Positions 47,365 to 55,411 of a stretch of DNA of 64,000 nucleotides are shown piece after piece. The notes under the pieces are model-generated. The model did no database searches, had not been told where the DNA came from, and saw only the letters and a list, made by a program, of their open reading frames with translations. The first letter of the stretch is position 1; every line of letters begins with the position of its first letter. Position numbers and translations under genes: made by a program. The stretch comes from a virus, in the IMG/VR virus record IMGVR_UViG_3300025151_000016; one strand, written 5' to 3'.

Positions 47365-47372
47365 ATAAAAAT

Positions 47373-47391
47373 AAAAGGGGCCGTAGCCCCC
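47373..47391 (-). terminator. intrinsic terminator
   Basis: GGGGC-TACG-GCCCC followed by TTTT. Confidence 0.85.
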
Positions 47392-47586
47392 TCATTTTAG
47401 TTCTATGTAAGTTTTCCGGCCTTTCCGGACCAGGTGATATTGATATTGTTCGAATCCACTATCAACTAAGTCTTGGTTGAGGCTATTGACCATCTTCTCT
47501 ACATTCTGTAGTTCTACAATATCCTCAGGTGAATTTTTAAATGTGCCAATTAGTTGAGGTTCTTTTTCACTTACTACTATTCCCAT
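47392..47586 (-). CDS. hypothetical protein
   Basis: GAGG SD, MGIVV start. Confidence 0.5.
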   Translation of the reverse strand: MGIVVSEKEPQLIGTFKNSPEDIVELQNVEKMVNSLNQDLVDSGFEQYQYHLVRKGRKTYIELK

Positions 47587-47839
47587 TATCACTTTTCCTC
47601 TCAAATTGCTTAACCAGTGGTTGAGCAAGAAAGAAGTCACCATAGACTTCTTCTAAATAATCTAATACTATACATATTTCCAGAGCATTATCAAAGAATG
47701 TTTTTGCGCATAAGTCATAGTAAAACGTTTCATCAAGCTGTCCATAACAATGAGTCATGGTGTAATGATGGAGAGCATCGATAACCATGCTTTCAGGAAA
47801 CTCATATTGTTCTAATTGCTTTTGCACAATGCTCTCCAT
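47567..47839 (-). CDS. hypothetical protein
   Basis: ORF track. Confidence 0.5.
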   Translation of the reverse strand: MESIVQKQLEQYEFPESMVIDALHHYTMTHCYGQLDETFYYDLCAKTFFDNALEICIVLDYLEEVYGDFFLAQPLVKQFERKSDNGNSSK

Positions 47840-47846
47840 ATTTTAG

Positions 47847-47948
47847 CTATTTATTCTTCTGAACTCTACGCTTTCGTGCAGCCTTTCTTTTACCTGATCC
47901 TTTCTTACGACGGCCTGGGCGTGGTCTGTTCTTATGAGGCCAAGGCAT
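47847..47948 (-). CDS. 33-aa very basic peptide
   Basis: Not in ORF track; TAATG coupled; MPWPHKNRPRPGRRKKGSGKRKAARKRRVQKNK. Confidence 0.5.
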   Translation of the reverse strand: MPWPHKNRPRPGRRKKGSGKRKAARKRRVQKNK

Positions 47949-48145
47949 TAATTATCCCTTAGTCTTTGAATTTCATAATCAGACTTAGCTTTGTCATATG
48001 CTAAGTAAAAAGCTATGAGCACAGCGGGTAACATAACAAAGTAAGTGCTATATTCCATAAGCTCAACTGTAACTAAAACAACGCCCAAACCGACACCGGT
48101 AAAGAATGAAATTTGAGCTAGGTTTTTCAAAAATAATGATAACAT
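47948..48145 (-). CDS. 2-TM membrane protein
   Basis: AAGGAG SD; two hydrophobic helices. Confidence 0.6.
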   Translation of the reverse strand: MLSLFLKNLAQISFFTGVGLGVVLVTVELMEYSTYFVMLPAVLIAFYLAYDKAKSDYEIQRLRDN

Positions 48146-48156
48146 ATTAATTCTCC

Positions 48157-49122
48157 TTAAGAGGCAGTAGCGTATTCTACTGCCTTGTTAGCTGCTTTGA
48201 TTTTACGAGATTGATTGACACCGAACCACGCTGATTGCATACGTGTATCTGCATTACGACCAAGCTTGTGGTCTGTTAGATACGTGACAGAATTAAGAGC
48301 CTGCCACCATGTGCCTTCACCGAAGTTTGCACCAGGTTGAGTTTCAAGAACTTCATAAGCATCGCGTGCTGTTTTAGAAAGATCTTTAACAGTTTTAACT
48401 TCTGATTCCTTATGTGTATAAGGAAACACGTCATTGTAAAACTGAACCAATGACTCTGCTGTGAACCTACGAGTTGACAAAAACTCAGCCATTTCTTTGT
48501 ACTGTGAGAATTTGTCATGAGCAATGCCAAGTGTTTCTTTTACTTGATCAGCATCGAATACTGAACGGTGGTTTAACTTGACAAAATTCTTTGAAGCTGA
48601 GTTCAATGAGAAAGTAAGAGTGTTGCTACATACAACACGGATAGGAGTAAAACGAACATCAATCGCTTTACCATATTGGTGAGGATTGCTAAACAATAAG
48701 TAAGAGTCAACTTGGTCTTCGCCAAGGATTGTGAAGGAGTCTTTTACTTTTGCTAGAGCAAATACATTGCTGCCACCTTTCAAAGATCCGGCTGTATTCA
48801 TTTCCATATCGCCTGCAAGGACGTACTCAGAAAAGAACTCGAAAGCTTCGGAGTTTTGAACGGGGTTCCAATCCCCACCAACATTAGTTAAGATTTTGTT
48901 ATCTGATGAGCGAACCAAAGACTGTTGACCAGTAGGAATACGCTCTCCGTCTACTTCAATGAATGAATCGACTTTTTCTACTGACCAATCAAGACCAGCT
49001 TTTCTCATCATTTGCGCAGGAGTAAGATCGTTTGAGACTTCTACACCAAGACCATGCCAAGGCTTATCACCTGCATATGCCATTTGTGCTACGCCATCGA
49101 TCATTTCAACTTCATGTGCCAT
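48157..49122 (-). CDS. DUF932 family phage/plasmid protein
   Basis: PWHGLG; AGLDW.V; PVQN..AF.F; TAGSL.GG; TPIRVVC.NTL; GT.W.A.N.VT...DH. Confidence 0.85.
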   Translation of the reverse strand: MAHEVEMIDGVAQMAYAGDKPWHGLGVEVSNDLTPAQMMRKAGLDWSVEKVDSFIEVDGERIPTGQQSLVRSSDNKILTNVGGDWNPVQNSEAFEFFSEYVLAGDMEMNTAGSLKGGSNVFALAKVKDSFTILGEDQVDSYLLFSNPHQYGKAIDVRFTPIRVVCSNTLTFSLNSASKNFVKLNHRSVFDADQVKETLGIAHDKFSQYKEMAEFLSTRRFTAESLVQFYNDVFPYTHKESEVKTVKDLSKTARDAYEVLETQPGANFGEGTWWQALNSVTYLTDHKLGRNADTRMQSAWFGVNQSRKIKAANKAVEYATAS

Positions 49123-49153
49123 AATATATTTTCCTTTTCATTTTAATAATAAT

Positions 49154-49182
49154 ATAATACCATATTTCGTATTGATTGTAAA
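49154..49182 (-). promoter_or_regulatory. early promoter (TTTACA-17-TATTAT)
   Basis: Sequence motif. Confidence 0.7.
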
Positions 49183-49211
49183 CCCCTAAAATGCATTTTT
49201 TGCATTTTTTT

Positions 49212-49559
49212 TTATCGCCTCATACTTGCAGCATCAACTGCAGCTTGCTTATTATCTTTACGTACTGGCATTAAGTTTGATTTATGAGTAACAACTATGC
49301 CAGCTATTTCATTACCTGTATATTTGACGGCATCTTTCTTTGTGCCATTTGAACAAATATTATCCGATGTAACACGAGGACCACAACTTAAATCAGGCAA
49401 TTGATTTTTATGTTTAGCTGTTGACTTACCTACACCTAACTGTTTTAAGAACTTTTCGTGTTCTGCTTCAGCTTTCCTAAGCTTTTTAGATTTATGCCCA
49501 GGCTTACGGCGCTTACCAGTGCCGTGAACCTGAACTCCTCTAATCATATGCATTGACAT
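49212..49559 (-). CDS. conserved T4-like hypothetical protein
   Basis: YTG....GI...HKSN..PV.......MRR end. Confidence 0.7.
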   Translation of the reverse strand: MSMHMIRGVQVHGTGKRRKPGHKSKKLRKAEAEHEKFLKQLGVGKSTAKHKNQLPDLSCGPRVTSDNICSNGTKKDAVKYTGNEIAGIVVTHKSNLMPVRKDNKQAAVDAASMRR

Positions 49560-49903
49560 TAAGCACGACTCCTTTGAAATTTTGACATGATATTATCATA
49601 CCATTCAGGATTTTTATTTTTAAGGATATTGAGTGGAGCGCTGTCAAGGCAATCTTTACTACGAGCTTCAGCATACTCTTCAACAGTATGAGATTTGATT
49701 AGTTCGGTTAAGAATTTAGCTTTAGTAAAAGGACCTTTATACTTGAAGCGAGCAATGAAAAGTTCCATTGGCATACCGATACGTGAAGGATGAATATTAT
49801 CCTTGCCATACACTTCATCATATGTTGGCTGGCCTTTATATGGTCCTTTATATTCTAAGTAGCCGCCATGATATGTGAAGTTTTTTCTGATAAACTTAGT
49901 CAT
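49559..49903 (-). CDS. hypothetical early protein
   Basis: F.Y.GGYL.Y; FIARFKY; AAGGAG SD. Confidence 0.65.
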   Translation of the reverse strand: MTKFIRKNFTYHGGYLEYKGPYKGQPTYDEVYGKDNIHPSRIGMPMELFIARFKYKGPFTKAKFLTELIKSHTVEEYAEARSKDCLDSAPLNILKNKNPEWYDNIMSKFQRSRA

Positions 49904-49931
49904 TACAATCTCCTTAACATTTGATATAACT

Positions 49932-49991
49932 ATTCTACCACAGTTAAAACCAAATGTAAAGGAAAAAGTTTACTTTAAAAACAAATATTTG
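49932..49991 (-). promoter_or_regulatory. early promoter with IHF-like site; ~32 bp identical to the copy at 63107-63135
   Basis: actattctaccacagttaaaaccaaatgtaaa shared by both copies. Confidence 0.8.
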
Positions 49992-49997
49992 TGATTT

Positions 49998-50183
49998 TTA
50001 TTTCTTGTCCATATTGTATGGCCAAGTGCCTGTTGGCATCCATGTTTTACTATTAGACCATGCGTGTTCTAACATGGAAAAACGTGACCAACTGCCGCCT
50101 TGTTTATTTAAAAATTTTATCCAGGCAATAAAGTTTCTAATTCTATTCATCTTCTTCATCTTTAGATTTATATGCCCATTCAT
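49998..50183 (-). CDS. hypothetical protein
   Basis: ORF track. Confidence 0.4.
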   Translation of the reverse strand: MNGHINLKMKKMNRIRNFIAWIKFLNKQGGSWSRFSMLEHAWSNSKTWMPTGTWPYNMDKK

Positions 50184-50784
50184 CAGTATGTCCTACTGAC
50201 CATTTTGGCTCATCTTCTACACAGTAATTCTGAGTACAAACTTTAAAATCTGGTGTTTTTAATTTATCTGGTGTCAAAGAACTATCTCGCCATATGATTC
50301 TATTGTTTGGCTGTGCTGCAAATTGACCATTATCTAAACGTAAAACATTGAATGATTTGTGCTCAGGATCGTGCTCACTAAAATTAGTGTCAAGGACAGA
50401 TATATCGCGATGACAATTGTCTATTGTAAATTCATATTCTCCACCGTGCATTTTTTTATCTTTACCGAAAAACTCAGCTCTACATAAAATTGGTTTTTCT
50501 ATGACAGTAAGATCATAATCAAAACAATCCCAAAGCTGGAGAGTGTCAAGCGGCAGAAGTTCGCCGTGATCAGTCTTCCAAACAAAAGCTGAGATAGGAA
50601 GTTTGTCAAACAATGCGCCGTATTCTGTCAATAGTGTTTCAAAATATAATGCTTTGTATTTTGTAGACTTAACACTAATCCATATACCGGGTGTAAATTC
50701 GCCATGCCCATGTTCGAGATCATAGAGATACTCTTTTCGAACATAGACATGGACTGGGGGGAGCGGATGTATTAAAAATGCCAT
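50143..50784 (-). CDS. conserved phage protein
   Basis: VRKEYLYD...HGEF; LQLWDCF; Y.FTID; EHK; NGQFA.QPNNR; start trimmed to MAFL. Confidence 0.75.
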   Translation of the reverse strand: MAFLIHPLPPVHVYVRKEYLYDLEHGHGEFTPGIWISVKSTKYKALYFETLLTEYGALFDKLPISAFVWKTDHGELLPLDTLQLWDCFDYDLTVIEKPILCRAEFFGKDKKMHGGEYEFTIDNCHRDISVLDTNFSEHDPEHKSFNVLRLDNGQFAAQPNNRIIWRDSSLTPDKLKTPDFKVCTQNYCVEDEPKWSVGHTDEWAYKSKDEEDE

Positions 50785-50788
50785 GATA

Positions 50789-51043
50789 TTATATATTATC
50801 CTTTTTCTTTTCAACTTCAGGTATTCTTAAAACTTTATGTGCAAACCATTTAAGAATTCTTTTAACACCATTGACAATCCATTCATTAAAGAAATGTCTA
50901 AGGATTCTAACAATAATAAGAATAGGTGAGTAAAGAACATCAAAGACGACTAGAAGAAGATCAACAATCAAGTCGATCATGCTGTCTACATTCCACAGCT
51001 CTTTTAGTCTCTTTTTAAATTTGGTTCTTGTTTTCTTAAACAT
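50789..51043 (-). CDS. small membrane protein
   Basis: TAATG coupled; hydrophobic core. Confidence 0.55.
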   Translation of the reverse strand: MFKKTRTKFKKRLKELWNVDSMIDLIVDLLLVVFDVLYSPILIIVRILRHFFNEWIVNGVKRILKWFAHKVLRIPEVEKKKDNI

Positions 51044-51621
51044 TAATCGCTATTGAGTGGGTTGTCCAATGCTTCTTGTAATTTTTCGTTTAAATCATTT
51101 TCAAGTTGTCTCGAATCTGCATCAATACGTTCTTCAGTTTCTCTCATAGTATTGCGAACATCTTTTTCAGATTCACGCATAAGTCCTTCTACTTCACGTA
51201 TAGATTGTGTAACATCTTTACGTAACTGATTCATTTCTTCACGCATAGTTTCTAAATGAGTTTCTATTAAGTCTTGAGAATTTTTCACTCTTACCTCTGA
51301 TGCTTCTACTTTATCTTCTGCTCTGTCAGCATGTGCTTCCATTGCAGCTACGTCTTCACGTAAATCGTTTTTTATATCTCTTGCATATTCAATCGCTTCA
51401 TCTACTCTTAACATGCTTTCATCTATTTTTAAAATAACTTTTTCATTTTCCGCAGCGATTGCATCTACATCAATGTTCTGTACAATTTCTTTCATGTCTG
51501 TGTAGTCTTTGTAAAACTCAAAGCCAGCCCAAAGTCCTCCACCTAAAGTAGATAACGCAGTAAGAACGACAAACATCTTACCGCCTCTAAATGTTGTACC
51601 AGCAATTTCAAATTCTGCCAT
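51043..51621 (-). CDS. TM-anchored coiled-coil protein
   Basis: N-terminal TM; long coiled coil; ALDNPL end. Confidence 0.7.
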   Translation of the reverse strand: MAEFEIAGTTFRGGKMFVVLTALSTLGGGLWAGFEFYKDYTDMKEIVQNIDVDAIAAENEKVILKIDESMLRVDEAIEYARDIKNDLREDVAAMEAHADRAEDKVEASEVRVKNSQDLIETHLETMREEMNQLRKDVTQSIREVEGLMRESEKDVRNTMRETEERIDADSRQLENDLNEKLQEALDNPLNSD

Positions 51622-51622
51622 G

Positions 51623-53029
51623 TTAGTTTCCTTCGTACTGTTGTCTTACCATTTCTCTATGAGTAGCATCAGAAGCACCGTTAAAGAATCTTGCTGCAGG
51701 ATTGTCATAGTTCTGTTGTCCTTCATATATTTCTTTTGGTGCATAAAAATCAGCGTCTGCCATCTGCGGTTGTTGGTACTGTGCAAAGTTAGGATTATAT
51801 CCCATTAGCGCAGCTTGAGCATCTTCGCTATCATCACCAGCAACAGCAGCTGCAACTAAATCTTCTTGTGTTTCCAGTGATTCTTGCTTTGCTTCTTCTT
51901 CACTTTCTTCTTGATTTTCTATTTGTTCTGCAATAATATTATCCTCAAGAGAAAGAATATTTGTTAAAGTATTTTCTATTACGTTAGTCGCTGTTGCAAC
52001 TTCAAATGTATCAATCGTTATTTCTATATTTATAGACTGCTCTATAATTGATTCGGCAGATATATTACCTGTTTTATCAGGCATTTTCTTAACATCTTCG
52101 GATGCTACAACCTCTGGTTCTTCTGGTTCTTCTATCGTTTCAAGTTGTTCTTCGAGTGACATTACTTCTCCAGTCGATTGTATGTAAACCCATTCATCTT
52201 CTTGTAGTTGTGGTATTGTTTCATCTGGAGCATTACCTATAAAGTCTTCACAAGTAGGATCTACAACGGGTACTTGTTTACATGGATCTGGATCATATAC
52301 AAATGTGCTATAGATTGCAGCACTGCCAAACTCAGGTCCGTACCATCCTGGCCACTCGGCCGCATCTTTTCCTTCTATCTCAAGAGTAATAGTATCAATC
52401 TTATCACCAGTAATAAAAGGATCGTACCATTGCATTCCATATTTTGTTTCCCATTGATCAATGTGGTAAGAGTAATCCCATTCTTTTTCGTCTAATACAT
52501 TACCGGCTTTATCTTTTACAGTAACTGTAACGATAAGAGGATCTTGTCCTTCCACACCATTTGTGTCTTCCTGATTCGTATCTGCGTTTTTAACTTTCCA
52601 TTGCCAACGATAACCAACAACAGTTATGCCAGCAACTTTAAGAGCTTGACCAATAGCATCTTGTGTTTGAGAAATAACTGATGTTTCGTACCCAAACGTG
52701 TAAGTATCTTTGTTTGTTGCTGAGTTCGCGCATTGACCACCGGAACCAGGACTATTTTCTCCTCCGCTCCATCTTCTAAACCCAAATGTTTCAATACAAC
52801 CAGTAGTTGCTTCATAGTCTAGATCTTCAATGATCTGATCTATATAAACTTTATCTTCTTCAACACCAGAAAGATTAGTAGGCGCGAAGTTAAGCACGCT
52901 TTGATCAATATCATCTTGAGTTAAGTTACCGTCGTAAGAATATTCTTGACTAGATAGCGAGGAGCAAAGCAAGAAGAACGCCGCCGATAGTAAGAGCGGT
53001 TGTCTTATCATTCTTTTCCTTTCTGTCAT
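51623..53029 (-). CDS. secreted acidic protein
   Basis: Signal peptide; W.G.YGP; Cys pair; H.EMV..QY end. Confidence 0.7.
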   Translation of the reverse strand: MTERKRMIRQPLLLSAAFFLLCSSLSSQEYSYDGNLTQDDIDQSVLNFAPTNLSGVEEDKVYIDQIIEDLDYEATTGCIETFGFRRWSGGENSPGSGGQCANSATNKDTYTFGYETSVISQTQDAIGQALKVAGITVVGYRWQWKVKNADTNQEDTNGVEGQDPLIVTVTVKDKAGNVLDEKEWDYSYHIDQWETKYGMQWYDPFITGDKIDTITLEIEGKDAAEWPGWYGPEFGSAAIYSTFVYDPDPCKQVPVVDPTCEDFIGNAPDETIPQLQEDEWVYIQSTGEVMSLEEQLETIEEPEEPEVVASEDVKKMPDKTGNISAESIIEQSINIEITIDTFEVATATNVIENTLTNILSLEDNIIAEQIENQEESEEEAKQESLETQEDLVAAAVAGDDSEDAQAALMGYNPNFAQYQQPQMADADFYAPKEIYEGQQNYDNPAARFFNGASDATHREMVRQQYEGN

Positions 53030-53678
53030 CTACTGGCTTAGCATCAGGATCGTTATCCCATAAAGCTTGAGCAACTGTGCCGATGTTTCCTTTGTATGGA
53101 CAAGGTGTTCCAGCCATTTCCATAGCTTTAAATATAGTTTCTTCTTGACACATAAGTGCTACAGCCGCAACCTTCATACCCATGTTATAAAGTGTCTTGG
53201 CATTTTTTAACCTTTCACAGTTCATGTCACGAATATGTCCACCACCTGACATACCAAGTATCTGAGTTTGAACCGCTGCCGAATATGAGACAGTACATGT
53301 ATCATTTCCACCTGATTGAATAGATGGTGCAATTGCTGAAGGCGGTGCAGTAATTACTTCTTGAGTAATATCACTGGTGTTATTATTATTATTGTTTGCT
53401 GTGCTGTTAACTGTAGTATTGTTTGTATTTGTATTTGTACTAGTGCTCGTATTTGTATTATTTGTAGTAACATTAGAAGTAGAGTTAACAGTGCTTGTAC
53501 TATTAACTGTAGTATTGTTTGTAGTTGTTACATTCGAAGTATTTGTATTGTTAGTGGTGCTGTCAGTTTCCACATAACTGGTAGAATCAAATTTGCCGTC
53601 TGCATCATCGGTCACATCACCAAAAGCTGCAGAGGTTGCAATCATTACGAAGAACGCACCAAGTAGATGCTTCTTCAT
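52950..53678 (-). CDS. secreted protein with Thr/Asn-rich repeats and Cys-rich domain
   Basis: Signal peptide; TNN repeats; PPSAIAP..C; D.NCER.K; GMKVAAV..MC; AGTPCP. Confidence 0.75.
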   Translation of the reverse strand: MKKHLLGAFFVMIATSAAFGDVTDDADGKFDSTSYVETDSTTNNTNTSNVTTTNNTTVNSTSTVNSTSNVTTNNTNTSTSTNTNTNNTTVNSTANNNNNNTSDITQEVITAPPSAIAPSIQSGGNDTCTVSYSAAVQTQILGMSGGGHIRDMNCERLKNAKTLYNMGMKVAAVALMCQEETIFKAMEMAGTPCPYKGNIGTVAQALWDNDPDAKPVDDRKEKNDKTTALTIGGVLLALLLAI

Positions 53679-53706
53679 TGAGTATCCTCTCTTCTCTGTT
53701 CATAAT

Positions 53707-53714
53707 TATTTATA
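53707..53714 (-). promoter_or_regulatory. late promoter TATAAATA
   Basis: Exact consensus upstream of the 53678 operon. Confidence 0.7.
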
Positions 53715-53734
53715 AACTGTCTTTAAAAATGGTA

Positions 53735-53777
53735 ATGACAATAATTTGTCAATTTTTTACTGTCAAATTTTTGACAA
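53735..53777. repeat. two TGTCA/TGACA inverted-repeat boxes (putative operator)
   Basis: ATGACAATAATTTGTCAA and CTGTCAAATTTTTGACAA. Confidence 0.5.
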
Positions 53778-53779
53778 GC

Positions 53780-53805
53780 AAAAGGAGGGCTAACCGTGGC
53801 CCTCC
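53780..53805 (-). terminator. intrinsic terminator after the porin-like gene
   Basis: GGAGGGC-loop-GCCCTCC followed by TTTT. Confidence 0.85.
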
Positions 53806-53837
53806 GCGTGCTTATTGAGTAGCAACCCTATACTAGT

Positions 53838-54236
53838 TTAGAATGAGAATGAAATACCTACTTCGATATCGCTCATTTCTTCAGCTTCTAGATCGTAACC
53901 TGTTTCAGCATAGACTTTGGAGTCCAGACCCCACATTGTCATGCCATACTCTGCACCGAAGTCTAGAGTTGGTAACTCATCATTGTTTAATGTAAATTCA
54001 TTATCATACAGAATGAAATCCATATCTGCTGAAAAAGCTACACCAGATGAGTGATCATATCCGATACCCGGTGTTAATGTAGCCACCATTGTTTCGTCAT
54101 TGATGTTGTAGCGGTTGTCTAATTCAGCACCTATTGAGATGCCAGTTGCTCCGATTTCAGCTGCTTCTGCTTCAGTCGTTGCCATGCAAGCTGTAAGTAG
54201 TAGTGCTGATGTTGCTGCTGCTGCTGCAAGTTTCAT
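53838..54236 (-). CDS. small outer-membrane beta-barrel/porin-like protein
   Basis: Signal peptide; alternating beta strands; C-terminal G.SFSF (BAM-type terminal Phe). Confidence 0.65.
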   Translation of the reverse strand: MKLAAAAATSALLLTACMATTEAEAAEIGATGISIGAELDNRYNINDETMVATLTPGIGYDHSSGVAFSADMDFILYDNEFTLNNDELPTLDFGAEYGMTMWGLDSKVYAETGYDLEAEEMSDIEVGISFSF

Positions 54237-54258
54237 TTAATTTTTCCCTTATTAAATT

Positions 54259-54492
54259 TTATTTACGATTCCAGATTTCATACAGAACCCAAACTGAGAT
54301 CAAACCCATGACGCCTTCAGCGCCGAGTCCAGCTAACATTGCTGTTACATTGTCAACTACACTCATACCTTCGGGCATGAATGGCATAGCACTTAGTCCT
54401 AGTATCTCTAGGATAATCGCTAATGCAGCAACACTAAGTCCTACATCAGCTAAGGCGCCTGCCCATGATTTCACTTTGTTTAAAGTTTCCAT
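54259..54492 (-). CDS. 2-TM membrane protein
   Basis: AAGGAG SD just after the tmRNA coding piece. Confidence 0.7.
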   Translation of the reverse strand: METLNKVKSWAGALADVGLSVAALAIILEILGLSAMPFMPEGMSVVDNVTAMLAGLGAEGVMGLISVWVLYEIWNRK

Positions 54493-54512
54493 AATTGTCT
54501 CCTTACTTTATG

Positions 54513-54647
54513 GTACCACTTTTCTGTTGCTAAGCAAGTGGCCAGCTCCCTGTGATTATGCAGCTAGTGCAAATCCAGAAGGTGCAAAGTTATCGTTTGC
54601 ATTTATGTTTTATAGACTCAAATACCAGTCAATCCTATTTCACCCCC
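54513..54647 (-). ncRNA. ssrA: two-piece tmRNA, coding piece (tag ANDNFAPSGFALAA)
   Basis: 5' GGGGGTGAAATAGGATTGAC; ATAAAT-GCA resume; tag at 54600-54556; terminal CCACTT..AACAGA..AAGTGG stem; 3' end approximate. Confidence 0.92.
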
Positions 54648-54658
54648 ACAAAACCACA

Positions 54659-54850
54659 CTACTTGGAATCTAAAACTTCTTTGCATTTACCTGATGCATA
54701 AGTTTCGAACCAACGAGGAACAAAGGCATGTATGAAGCAAGCATATGCTGCTTTTTCCAACTGCCATGAAATCCACAAAGCTCGTTTGAAATGTTGCCAG
54801 CGTGTCATGCCAGCTTCTTCTACGTGTGATTTACATTTCTTACTAATCAT
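54659..54850 (-). CDS. 63-aa protein inside the tmRNA intervening segment (DUF6356-like)
   Basis: TAAGGA SD; H.....T..QHF..A...........ACFIHAFVP..F...AS. Confidence 0.7.
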   Translation of the reverse strand: MISKKCKSHVEEAGMTRWQHFKRALWISWQLEKAAYACFIHAFVPRWFETYASGKCKEVLDSK

Positions 54851-54870
54851 GTTTTTCCTTAATGTGTTTT

Positions 54871-54925
54871 TGGTGGAGGTGCTGGGTTCTGCCCCCAGGT
54901 CCTGTATATCCTCTAACATCTATGA
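54871..54925 (-). ncRNA. ssrA: two-piece tmRNA, acceptor piece
   Basis: GAC-CTGGG GGCAGAA CCCAG-CACCTCC-A-CCA; pairs with GGGGGTG giving the G3-U70 alanine identity; 5' end approximate. Confidence 0.92.
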
Positions 54926-54929
54926 GGTT

Positions 54930-54958
54930 ATTTAACCATATATCCCAGAGAAAGTAAA
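54930..54958 (-). promoter_or_regulatory. tmRNA promoter (TTTACT-17-TTAAAT)
   Basis: Same spacing as the other promoters, immediately upstream of the acceptor piece. Confidence 0.55.
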
Positions 54959-55027
54959 TGGCTTTTCACGATATTCCTTGACCGTGATATAATTATCACT
55001 ATACCATTAACATCGTATACGATGAAT

Positions 55028-55411
55028 TTACTCTTCTTCTTGAGTATCGTGAATGTATAATTGGATAAGGGCATAATGCAATACCTTCATCAAATCTTTA
55101 CGAGCATCAGCGTGACTTCCTTTTTTGCCATATCGCTGAGCATACTTAAGAACATTACCGATACAGAAACCAGTGCCGTGGCCTCCATCAATAATGAATT
55201 CAGTTGCTTGAAACTTATCTTTAGCATAGTGCTGTTCATATGTCCCATCAATATAATTCTTAAACTCTTCAATTAAATTGCCTTCATTAAATTTATAATC
55301 AATCATGTCGTAGTTATTTAAATCCAAGGTAATAGGTCCTATCGTATCAATTTCAATTGTTGAATTTTTATTAGCGAATTCGACTACGTTGTCGTCTTTT
55401 GCCATATCCAA
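55028..55411 (-). CDS. DUF3310-like (T7 gp1.7-like nucleotide kinase fold) protein
   Basis: TY.QHY; GFC.GN.LKY..RYGKK; DL.K.LHY. Confidence 0.7.
   Translation of the reverse strand: MDMAKDDNVVEFANKNSTIEIDTIGPITLDLNNYDMIDYKFNEGNLIEEFKNYIDGTYEQHYAKDKFQATEFIIDGGHGTGFCIGNVLKYAQRYGKKGSHADARKDLMKVLHYALIQLYIHDTQEEE

Noticed and set aside
53361-53580. Repeat array or CRISPR-like region
   Set aside because: Low-complexity Thr/Asn codons within a CDS; no repeat-spacer structure anywhere in the window.
54871-54905. Prophage att site or tRNA fragment
   Set aside because: Explained as the tmRNA acceptor piece; no integrase or duplicate copy in the window.
54851-54919. N-terminal extension of the 86-aa ORF 54659-54919
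   Set aside because: Runs through the tmRNA acceptor piece; the SD supports the ATG at 54850.
54983-54998. Palindrome GTGATATAATTATCAC as a CRP/FNR site upstream of the tmRNA promoter
   Set aside because: Half-site spacing fits neither consensus; single occurrence.
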